In this document: piece after piece, positions 1 through 11,789 of the stretch
Numbering within the stretch: the stretch's first letter is position 1
Layout: each line of letters opens with the position of its first letter
Assembly (NCBI GenBank): GCA_000004695.1
Contig: CM000152.2
Span: 544,001-608,000 of the forward strand
Direction: 5' to 3'
Origin: Dictyostelium discoideum
Lineage: Eukaryota
Length of the DNA stretch: 64,000 nucleotides
Notes under the pieces: generated by a model
Databases searched by the model: none
Told to the model about the DNA's origin: nothing
Seen by the model: the letters and a program-made list of their open reading frames with translations, nothing else
Position numbers and translations under genes: made by a program

Positions 1-40
<40 letters not shown>

Positions 41-51
41 TTTAAACTTAC

Positions 52-1240
52 CTGACCAAACAGTTGATGCTAATTTTGTCCATGAATTATGGTATTGTTT
101 ACCATGAACTGAAATAAAACCACCAGCAGATACAGCAATACCTTTAGAGCCATAAAATGGTGCAATAGTATCAACCTTTGTTTTTGAACCATGGAAAATA
201 ATATTTATATTAGCATTATAACGACATTTTGTAGTTCCCATAATGAATTTACCTTGTACTAAGATATCTTTAACATTCATTGTTAAATTTGAATCAGCAA
301 AAATTAATTCACTTGTAGCTGGAATAACAATTCTTTGGTAAATTGCGGTTTGTGAAATTGAACATGGACTAATTAAAACTCTTTTTCCGGCTGGAATTGT
401 AATATTTTCATTTGGTTGTGGAACGAGATTATTTGACCATGTCGATGGATTATGCCAATGGACTAAATCAGAAGCAAGGTATGGACAAGTTGATAAATCT
501 TGTGGATCTAATGAAACGGATGCTTTTGGAATATTAATTAATTCAGAATCTTTGGTTATTAAATTTGGTGGTGCTACTACTGGTTTAGATGGAACAGTGA
601 TCTTCATATTTTTATAGAAAATAGTGGTATCATCATAATCCATTGCTCTTGAACGATTGACTTGAAGAATTAAAGTTGAAAGACCAAGATCAACTGGAAC
701 ACTGAAAGTAATGGTTTTACTTTTATATGTAGTTGATGAAAAATCACCGGTAAAAGTAAAAGAATACATTGGTGCTCTATAACTCCATAAAAGATAATCA
801 ATATCACCTGGTTTGTAGAATGAAAGAGTCATATTTGAATAGGTAATACCTTGAGTCAAAACTTGGCCTAATTTGAAATCAAATGAAAATTGATAATTAG
901 TATTGGCTTTAAGGGCTGGAGCTGATTGTTTTGCAACAATTAAAAAGTAATCTGGTGCCCATGCTGGAAGTGCAATAGAGAATTCACTTTCAACATCACT
1001 AACTGGTTGAAGGTTATTTGGGTCGGTCATGCTCCAATAGGCCATGTAATATAAATCATTACCGCCATATACAATATCAGAGGCTAAAGAAGTGGTTGGC
1101 AAAGCTGGAGATACTGGTGAATTGGAACTTGCTGGTGTTGGTCTCCAATTTGAATCTGTTGGACATGTATCTGATTTAACACTGCATATTGCTAAAAAAA
1201 GAATAAAAATCTTTAAAATTTTATTATTTATATTTTTCAT
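52..1240 (-). CDS. 5' exon of a secreted G8-domain-like protein; gene continues beyond window start. Hydrophobic signal peptide MKNINNKILKIFILFLAICSVKS, then a region with 8 spaced Gly and beta-helix-like motifs (STWSNNLVPQPNENITIPAGKRVLI...IIFHG...IAVSAGGFISVHGKQ) resembling G8 domains (PKHD1/CEMIP/TMEM2).
   Basis: ORF 32..1240 minus. GTAAGT donor immediately after codon ...SG|g at pos 52/51, phase 1; ATG at 1240 preceded by A-rich leader. Poly-T at 1-33 is intronic poly(A) on the minus strand. Confidence 0.5.
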
Positions 1241-1918
1241 TTCTTCTTTGTATTATTATGATTATTTTTAAAAAAACCTTGACCATTTTATATTTTTTTT
1301 TTTATCGTTTTTTTTTTTTTTGTTGATTTTTTTTTTTAAAAAAAAAATCTGTTTGGTGAAGTGGTATTTGAACATGGTTCATTTCACATTCATATCGTTT
1401 ATTTTATTTTTTTTGATTTTTTTGATTTTTTTTTTTTTTTTTTAAAAATTTTTTTTTTTTTAAAAATAATATCTTTTTGATTGAATTAACTGAAAAATGA
1501 TGAATCTATGGAATACTCTATCCAATTCTTTTCTCAGTCCAACAAGATTTTATTAAATTAACCGAAAATACCGAAAAAATGAGATTTTTATTTTATCAGA
1601 ATCACAAAAAAAAAAAAAACTTTTGGGATTTTGAAATTTGATTTATAAATTTGAACTATAATTTTATCAATAATAATAAACAATTATTTACTGCTATTTA
1701 TTACTAATTTTATTTATTATTAAAGTTATATTTGAATTTTTTCTTTGAATATTTAGGAAATATGAATCATATTATTTTAATTTTGTTTTTTTATAGAGGA
1801 ATCACAATCCAAACATTTCCAATTATTGATTAAAAAAAAAAAAATATGTTTCAATTTAAATGGTTTAAAAATGTTCAAACTAAAAAATTATTTAAACGTT
1901 CTAAAATAATAAAACACA

Positions 1919-1933
1919 GGGAAGAGCAATTTT
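1919..1933. repeat. Target-site duplication (left copy) gggaagagcaatttt; right copy at 5033-5047
   Basis: Exact 15-bp match bracketing the 3.1-kb insertion; G/C-containing, so unlikely by chance in AT-rich DNA. Confidence 0.7.
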
Positions 1934-2102
1934 GATCAAAAAAAATGTTAAAATTAAAAATTTAATAAATAAAAATTTTTTTTTTTTTAACATCACTCAA
2001 TTTGATAATAAATAAAATTTTTTTTTTTTTTTGAATTGGATAACGCAATTATTATTTGCTTCTCCTTGAGATGCTAGATCTCATTTTATTTTTTTTTTTT
2101 TT

Positions 2103-2344
2103 TTACAGGGTCTTTTTGATTAAAACATCTTTTTTGTCCAAACTTTTTTCTAAATCTTTTTTTATTTTATCGTCTGGTTCGTGATTGATGTTTATGACGT
2201 ATTTGAATTGTTTTTTTTTTAATTGAGTTTTATCCACAATTTCGCTTATTTTTTGTAGGCATTTGTGTTGCTTAATATTTGTGGTGTTGTTTGTGATTTT
2301 CATTTTATTTTCTTTCTATCTTTTTTATTTTTCTGATTAACTTG

Positions 2345-2403
<59 letters not shown>
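2103..2403 (-). repeat. Second (3') B-module copy: oligo(A)58 + 5'UTR + first 66 codons of ORF1, truncated
   Basis: Near-identical to 3840-4155, including the ttctgattaacttgggtt motif and poly-T run; ORF 2103..2303 is identical to the ORF1 N-terminus. Confidence 0.6.
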
Positions 2404-2405
<2 letters not shown>

Positions 2406-2701
2406 TTATAGAAAGTACTGAGTGAATTATTGTATTTTTTGAGATGTTTAGGAAGTTCTATTGCGGGTGTTGATGATGATTTGTGACACCCCTTGTCCTG
2501 TTTTATCAATTGGTGCGTGGTGTGTTATTTTGTTTTTATATTGTTGATTTATTGAGTAAATTTTATTTGTTTTTATATTTGTTTCAGTTAGAAGTGCTGC
2601 GTCCAGCTTGTTGTTGTCTAAAACGGTGTTTATTATGCTGGCAGATTGGATGGTGTTGGATCCTTGGACGTTCCAAACACCTATTCTTATTGTGTTTTTC
2701 T

Positions 2702-4036
2702 TTATAGTTTTATTTGGGGTAGATTTTTATCTACCTTTTGAAGTTTCTGGTTTATTTTGTCTTCTAACTGATCTTTACTTTGTTCATTGTGTTGTTGGTC
2801 TTGTGTGTTTGTGGGGTTTTTTGATTTATTGATTTGTTTTAGAATTTCCTTGTTGAAGTTGTCTATATCTTCATCCATTTTTGTTTTTATGCTTTTTTGT
2901 CCATATTCACCCAATTTTGGTTTGACTGGTGTTTTGTTGGTCTTGTTTGTTTTGTCTTGTTGTTTCTTTTTTGGTGTGTTTAACAATTTACTTGGTGAAT
3001 CGATAATTTTCGATGGTGTACCATAGGTTGGGCTGAAACTCATGATATGTTTTATTGGAGAGGAGAAGAACCATTGATTTGAAGGGATTGAAAGTGGGAA
3101 TTCTATTTTTCTTATTGCATCAGTGTTTGGGCTGGTGAAGTCGAAGATATCATTTGCCTCTCTAAGTTTTTCTTCCGTTGTTAGTCCCTTTGTTTCGCCG
3201 TGTTGTTTTATTGGTGTATTGTATGGAGATGGTGGTTCGATAGGTTTTTCTGATTTTGTTTTAATTTCTTGATTGTTTATCGATTGTGTATTGATCTCAT
3301 TCTCTATTCTTGTTAGTTCATCTACGTTTTCTAGTGATGCTTCTATTACCTTTTGAGCTGTATCATCTAGGGCCATAAATGTTTTATCATTAGATGAGGA
3401 TGTGATTGGTGGGATAATGATTGTTCTTTTTCCTTGTTTTGGTATTTGTTCTGATGTAGATTGTGGTTGTTGTTCATCTGATTGTTTTTTATTTTTGTTT
3501 TCTTCTTGATTTTCTGGTAATGAGGTTTGATCTCTCCATCCTTTGTTGGAGTGTCCAATTAATGTTAGATTGTCTAGTTCAATGATAGTGTCAAATTCTT
3601 CTACGACTCTTTTCACTGTTTTGATAATTAGAGTTTCGCCTTTAATTTCTGATTTAATTAGTTTACATCCTTCATTTTCTATTACCCATTCTATTTCTGT
3701 GAGTGATTTATACCAATCAAAATCTGTATACATATTTTTTGGTCTTAAAGTGGTTATAAATTGTCCTTTTAATTCTGCATCAAACATATTTACAAAATAG
3801 ATTACTGTACTAATACTGTCTGTGAGAATTTTGAATGTATTATTACTTTTGATTAAAACATCTTTTTTGTCCAAACTTTTTTCTAAATCTTTTTTTATTT
3901 TATCGTCTGGTTCGTGATTGATGTTTATGACGTATTTGAATTGTTTTTTTTTTAATTGAGTTTTATCCACAATTTCGCTTATTTTTTGTAGGCATTTGTG
4001 TTGCTTAATATTTGTGGTGTTGTTTGTGATTTTCAT
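2702..4036 (-). CDS. TRE5-A-like ORF1 protein (444 aa, basic N-terminus, S/T/P/Q-rich C-terminal half)
   Basis: Intact 444-aa ORF directly 3' of A/B-modules. Its N-terminal 66 aa are duplicated exactly at 2103-2303. Size matches the reported ~51 kDa ORF1p of TRE5-A; sequence identity to TRE5-A ORF1 not verifiable here. Confidence 0.55.
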   Translation of the reverse strand: MKITNNTTNIKQHKCLQKISEIVDKTQLKKKQFKYVININHEPDDKIKKDLEKSLDKKDVLIKSNNTFKILTDSISTVIYFVNMFDAELKGQFITTLRPKNMYTDFDWYKSLTEIEWVIENEGCKLIKSEIKGETLIIKTVKRVVEEFDTIIELDNLTLIGHSNKGWRDQTSLPENQEENKNKKQSDEQQPQSTSEQIPKQGKRTIIIPPITSSSNDKTFMALDDTAQKVIEASLENVDELTRIENEINTQSINNQEIKTKSEKPIEPPSPYNTPIKQHGETKGLTTEEKLREANDIFDFTSPNTDAIRKIEFPLSIPSNQWFFSSPIKHIMSFSPTYGTPSKIIDSPSKLLNTPKKKQQDKTNKTNKTPVKPKLGEYGQKSIKTKMDEDIDNFNKEILKQINKSKNPTNTQDQQHNEQSKDQLEDKINQKLQKVDKNLPQIKL

Positions 4037-4112
4037 TTTATTTTCTTTCTATCTTTTATATTTTTCTTTAAAAAGTTAAAAATCTGGAAATTTTCTGATT
4101 AACTTGGGTTCC

Positions 4113-4155
<43 letters not shown>

Positions 4156-4158
<3 letters not shown>

Positions 4159-5027
4159 TCTTTTTTATATGAAAAATGAAATAATCAAAAAAAGAGATTG
4201 TTGTTGTTGTTTGTTTTTTTCGATCTGATTATTTTTTGCTTTTTTTTTGAAAATTTTGCTACGCAAAATTCTCAAAACGAAACAAATAATAAATTACAAT
4301 AAAGTAAAAAGATGGCTTTTTAAAATAGTTTATTTATTTATTTATTTGTTTTTTAAGTCTTTTTTATATGAAAAATGAAATAATCAAAAAAAGAGATTGT
4401 TGTTGTTGTTTGTTTTTTTCGATCTGATTATTTTTTGCTTTTTTTTTGAAAATTTTGCTACGCAAAATTCTCAAAACGAAACAAATAATAAATTACAATA
4501 AAGTAAAAAGATGGCTTTTTAAAATAGTTTATTTATTTATTTATTTGTTTTTTAAGTCTTTTTTATATGAAAAATGAAATAATCAAAAAAAGAGATTGTT
4601 GTTGTTGTTTGTTTTTTTCGATCTGATTATTTTTTGCTTTTTTTTTGAAAATTTTGCTACGCAAAATTCTCAAAACGAAACAAATAATAAATTACAATAA
4701 AGTAAAAAGATGGCTTTTTAAAATAGTTTATTTATTTATTTATTTGTTTTTTAAGTCTTTTTTATATGAAAAATGAAATAATCAAAAAAAGAGATTGTTG
4801 TTGTTGTTTGTTTTTTTCGATCTGATTATTTTTTGCTTTTTTTTTGAAAATTTTGCTACGCAAAATTCTCAAAACGAAACAAATAATAAATTACAATAAA
4901 GTAAAAAGATGGCTTTTTAAAATAGTTTATTTATTTATTTATTTGTTTTTTAAGTCTTTTTTATATGAAAAATGAAATAATCAAAAAAAGAGATTGTTGT
5001 TGTTGTTTGTTTTTTTTATAATAAATA
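4156..5027 (-). repeat. Tandem array of 199-bp A-modules (4 full copies + ~75-bp partial) at the 5' end of the TRE5-A-like element
   Basis: Unit starts (aagtcttttttatatgaaaaatg...) at 4156, 4355, 4554, 4753, 4952; exact period 199 bp, copies about 99% identical. Confidence 0.8.
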
Positions 5028-5032
5028 AAATG

Positions 5033-5047
5033 GGGAAGAGCAATTTT
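5033..5047. repeat. Target-site duplication (right copy), 18 bp upstream of tRNA-His
   Basis: Identical to 1919-1933. Confidence 0.7.
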
Positions 5048-5065
5048 TGTTGAAAATATCAATTC

Positions 5066-5137
5066 GCCGTGATAGTATAGTGGTAGTACATCAGATTGTG
5101 GCTCTGTTGACCCTGGTTCGATTCCAGGTCGCGGCAC
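5066..5137 (+). tRNA. tRNA-His (anticodon GUG)
   Basis: Cloverleaf: acceptor gccgtga/tcgcggc with one G-U pair; D-arm gtat-agtggta-gtac; anticodon stem tcaga/tctgt; loop ttGTGgc; T-arm cctgg-ttcgatt-ccagg; discriminator A. No encoded G-1 (added post-transcriptionally in eukaryotes). T-run follows immediately. Confidence 0.85.
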
Positions 5138-5146
5138 TTTTTTTTA
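5138..5146 (+). terminator. Pol III terminator T-run (tttttttt) immediately 3' of tRNA-His
   Basis: 8 consecutive T directly after the discriminator base. Confidence 0.6.
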
Positions 5147-5165
5147 ATTTCCCATTTTTGAACTT

Positions 5166-5177
5166 AGGTTCGATTCC
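5166..5177 (+). promoter_or_regulatory. External B-box (exB) downstream of tRNA gene: aggttcgattcc
   Basis: Second perfect B-box consensus (GGTTCGANTCC) about 30 bp past the tRNA 3' end. Extragenic B-boxes are a known feature of many D. discoideum tRNA genes and of TRE3 targeting. Confidence 0.5.
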
Positions 5178-5279
5178 TGTTTTGGTCAAAAAATAGGAAA
5201 ATATATATTCTAAACAACAATGATATTTCACCAGATATGGATATGGATTCGCAATCAACTTTATAGCGACAACAAAATA

Positions 5280-6120
5280 CAAGACACAACATTAGACTAT
5301 GATATGATTTCAAAAAATGGTATAAATCAGCAACCTTGGACTATATAAATAAAGTTAAAAATTATAAATTATCATCAAAAGAAACACCCTCAATTTGTAA
5401 CAAAACCGAATACATCAAGCAAATTAAAAATATTAAAAACCAAATTATTAAAGAGTATTGTTTATCAAGCACAATACTACCAAATAGAGTAATTGTTGGT
5501 CAATTCATATAAATATAAAAATTTAAATCAAAAAAAATATAAATAAACAAAATAAACTACTATTATTGCTTAGGATTCAAATCTAGCAAATAATTAATAT
5601 AAAAAAAAAAAAAAAAAAAAGATTCCCATATTGAAGGATCATGAGGTTGACATAGACTATGCTAAGATTTCACAAAGGATATTTTGAATGGGATATAAAT
5701 TTGTAAAATATGACCTATCAAGAACCTTAGCATAAAGAAACGTAATGGTATTAACATCTGGGTTTGATCAATTGTATAGAGACGAACCGTCTAAAGATGA
5801 AAAGCTCTCACACTTGATTCTACTTAATAAATGGTACAAACAAGCTACTGCAGAATATATAAAAAAGAAAAAATTAAAAATTAACTCTTTCAAAAGATCT
5901 GGTTTAAAATTTTAAAGACCCAAACGATTTCCTTAAACAAATAACTAAATTAAGAAAATTAACTTACAAACTTATATTTGATAATTCAAATTAAAAAAGA
6001 ATAACTACTTTACATTTTAAAATTAAAATTCATAAATAAAACTATTAATTATTATTTATTTCCTTTAATGGATAAATACTGATTAATCAATATTAAAAAA
6101 AAGAAGTTCTAGATTGATAT
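5280..6120. other. Degenerate coding-like remnant, possibly a decayed retroelement downstream of the tRNA (TRE3-type position)
   Basis: Lower AT content than surrounding spacers. Translations give long ORF-like stretches interrupted by scattered stops (e.g. ...HEVDIDYAKISQRIF*MGYKFVKYDLSRTLA*RNVMVLTSGFDQLYRDEPSKDEKLSHLILLNKWYKQATAEYIKKK). No intact ORF. Confidence 0.25.
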
Positions 6121-6156
6121 GGATCTTCTTACTAGTCGGTTTTTGCAGCGTTTTTG

Positions 6157-6336
6157 ATTGCTTCGATGGTTTTTGATTCGATCGAGTTGTTTTTGACTTT
6201 TTGGGATGACTCACCATGACATCATTGGATTCTTAAGATACTCCGAAAGAAGCTTCTGACAACAATGTCATGGAGATCGCACCAAAAATTAAAAGACAAA
6301 TCAATTGAGTCAAAAACCATCGAAGCAACGACTCGT
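6157..6336. repeat. Long imperfect inverted repeat / potential ~180-nt hairpin
   Basis: ttgcttcgatggtttttga(t/c)tc at 6158-6180 is the reverse complement of gagtcaaaaaccatcgaagcaa at 6308-6329. Nested arms ccatgacatcattgg (6214-6228) and caatgtcatgg (6263-6273). Region is unusually GC-rich for an intergenic spacer. Confidence 0.5.
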
Positions 6337-6512
6337 TAGAACAAGAATCAAAACCACTGTAAATTGTAATGGTTGATTACTTAACTTGTTTATCATTAGC
6401 ATTACCCTAACCAATTATCTCTATAACTTGGCCAGCATTTTGTAAATGACCAGATCCAATAAAAATGATATTCTTATTTCTACCAAAAGATTGTGGAGTA
6501 AAAAATAGGTGA

Positions 6513-6551
<39 letters not shown>

Positions 6552-6724
6552 GATTGATTATTTTAAAAATCTTTGATTTTGTTGCATTGAATTCCAAACC
6601 TTGCAAAAATGTAGCTAACAATGTTAAATTGAATTACAACCTTTGAAACTGCTTTTTGGTGAAATTATTCTATTTTTTATTTTTTTATTTTTTTTTTTAT
6701 TTTTTTTACATTTTTATTATTATT

Positions 6725-6757
<33 letters not shown>

Positions 6758-6843
6758 ATTAAACATTAAAAAAAATATTCACCCTAATTAAAATATTGGT
6801 TAAAGAATATAAAATAAGGGTGAATATTATTTTTAAAAGATTA

Positions 6844-6879
<36 letters not shown>

Positions 6880-7037
6880 AACAAACTAAAATAAAAAAAT
6901 GAAAATAAAAAAAAAAAAAATGAAAAAAAATTAAAAAAAGTTTCAAAAAAATGAAAAAAAAAAAAAAATATTTATTTTAAAAAAATAAAAACAAATTAGA
7001 TATTATATATTAATATTCAAAATACAAATATAAGATA

Positions 7038-7809
7038 ATGAGTAAGGCACCAGTAAATATAGTGGATAGACCATTATCTAAAGGTAAGGGTGAAATAAAT
7101 ATTAGTTCATTTGCATTTCTTTTCTCTGAAATGATTCAATATTGTCAAGATAGAATTAAAGCAGGTCATGAACTTGAAAAAAAGTAAGAATTTTATTATT
7201 ATTTTTTTATTTTTTATTTTTTATTTTTTTTATTTTTTTATTTTTTTATAATTATCACTATTACTACTTAATACAAATACATATACATACTAACATCACT
7301 GTTAACAGATTATCAGATATGGGATATTCTATTGGACCAAGATTATTAGAATTATTATGTGTTAGAGAAAAGAATTCTAAAAGAGAAACTAAATTACTTG
7401 GTATATTATCATTCATTCATACAACAGTTTGGAAATCATTATTTGGTAAACCTGCCGATTCATTAGAAAAGAGTACAGAGGCAGATGATGAATATATGAT
7501 TTCTGATAATAATATGGTTGTAAATAAATTTATTTCTTTACCAAAACATTTAAGTAGTTTAAATTGTGCTGCTTTCGTAGCTGGTATAATTGAAGGAATT
7601 TTATGTTCCGCTGAATTTGTAATATTATCATAATAATAATCATAAATAAATAATCATAAATAATTATACTAACTATATATTTAATATTTAATATTATTAT
7701 TTTAGCCAGCAAGAGTCACAGCTCATAATGTTGCAGTTGAGGGTAAAAGATTCCCTAAAACTGTTATTTTAATTAAATTTAATCCAGAAGTTATTGAAAG
7801 AAATGCATA
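7038..7809 (+). CDS. trappc5: TRAPP complex subunit 5 (Trs31/TRAPPC5 homolog), 3 exons: 7038..7183, 7309..7618, 7706..7809
   Basis: Spliced protein [104 protein letters not shown]...[53 protein letters not shown]. It aligns along its length with human TRAPPC5 (SAFALLFSELVQHC...RETKVLGALLFVKGAVWKALFGKEADKLE...NCASFTAGIVEAVL...PAKVTAH). GTAAGA/GTAATA donors and AG acceptors keep the frame. Confidence 0.8.
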
Positions 7810-8138
7810 AATAATTATAATAATACAATTAACAACAATAAAAAAGAATTTTGTAAAATATAAAAATCATTTTTTTTTTTTTTTTTAACAAATCTAAGAT
7901 TTTAGGATTTTTTTTTTTTTTTTTTTTGTTAATTAATTTGGTGGTAATTTAATGTTTAAATTTGAATTCAATTTTTTCATCCAATTCCACCAGATTTTTT
8001 TTTTTTTTTTTTATTTTTAATTTTTTTTATTTTTTTTTTTTTTATTTTTTATTTTTTTTTTTTTTTTAATCAAATTCTAGAGAAAAAAAAAAGAAAAAAG
8101 TAAATCATTTTAAATGCACATTTTTTTAAAACAATTAA

Positions 8139-10805
<2,667 letters not shown>

Positions 10806-10944
10806 TAAAAATAAATTTAATTTAAATAATATTTTTTATTACTTTTTGGTGAAGTTTTTTTTTTGTCTTTATTTTCTTTTTTTTTTTTTTAATTTTTTTT
10901 TTTTTTTTTTTTGAAATTTCACATATCTACAAAATTTTAAAAAA

Positions 10945-11789
10945 ATGAAAGAAATAGATGATATTGTGGGACAATTGTGTGATAAAATTATTAATGAATT
11001 TCAAAAACATGATAAAAATGAAAAGTTTTTAGTATGTTTGGCAGGACCTCCAGGATCAGGAAAATCAACAATTTCAGAATCTTTAGTTAAAGAATTAAAT
11101 AAAAAATTAAAAGAAAATAATAGTAATAGTAATAATAATAATAATAATAATTCATCATCACCAGCTGTTATAATACCAATGGATGGTTATCATTTAGATA
11201 ATTGTATTTTAAAAGAAAGAGATTTATTAAATAGAAAAGGTTCACCACAAACTTTTGATATAGTTGGTTTCATTCATATGCTAAATAGATTAAAAGATCA
11301 AGGTGTAAATAATAATAATGAAAATGAAAATGAAAATAATGATATAAATAAATTATCAATTTATATACCAACATTTGATAGAGATATAGACTTATCTAAA
11401 AATGCTTCTTTTACTGTTACAACTTCAAACAGTTTATTAATTGTTGAAGGTTTGTTAATTTTTTTTTTTTTTTTTTTTTTTTTCAATTCTTATTTTAAAA
11501 AATTAATAATAATAATAACAATAATAATAAATTTTATAAAATAGGAAATTATTTATTATTAAATCAAGAACCTTGGTGTAAATTAAAAAAATTATTTAAT
11601 ATTTGTATATATGTTCAAGTAGAATTACCATGTTTAGAGAAAAGATTAATAAAAAGATGGACCACCCACAATCATAATCTTGAAGCAGCAACAACAAGAG
11701 CACTTTCAAATGATATTCCAAATGCTATATTAGTTTCTAATAATTCAAATTTAGAAAATGTTTTGGTAATTGAAAATAATGATAAATAA
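10945..11789 (+). CDS. P-loop ATP-dependent kinase of the uridine-kinase/PRK family, YFH7-like; 2 exons 10945..11449, 11545..11789
   Basis: Walker A LAGPPGSGKST. Motifs IIPMDGYHL, RKGSPQTFD, LLIVEGNYLLLNQEPW and RLIKRW align with yeast YFH7 (IVPMDGFHL...RRGSPSTFD...ILEGLYLLYDQENW...). Phase-1 intron with gtttgt donor at 11450 and ag acceptor at 11543-11544 restores the VEG|NYLLL motif. Confidence 0.7.

Larger units (their letters stand above)
1934..5032 (-). mobile_element. TRE5-A-type (DRE) tRNA-gene-targeted non-LTR retrotransposon, ORF2-deleted (TRE5-A.2-like). Layout on minus strand: A-module x4.4 / B-module / ORF1 / B-module copy / C-module-like.
   Basis: Block flanked by a perfect 15-bp direct repeat (TSD) gggaagagcaatttt at 1919-1933 and 5033-5047. 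199-bp tandem A-modules 4156-5027; 444-aa ORF1 (about 51 kDa) 4036-2702. A ~290-bp block (oligoA + cccaagttaatcagaaaa + ORF1 first 66 codons) occurs at 3840-4155 and again at 2103-2403, fitting the 5'/3' B-modules. About 150-bp oligoA-containing tail at 2085-1936. The 5' end lies 33 bp from a tRNA gene on the opposite strand; no RT/EN ORF is present. Confidence 0.65.

Noticed and set aside
2483-3026. Three overlapping plus-strand ORFs of 74-79 aa
   Set aside because: Antisense to TRE5-A-like ORF1; Cys/Leu/Phe-rich composition from reading T-rich antisense.
4156-5027. Regular 199-bp tandem repeats, superficially satellite- or CRISPR-like
   Set aside because: Eukaryotic context, no spacers, and copies are near-identical throughout; they are retrotransposon A-modules.
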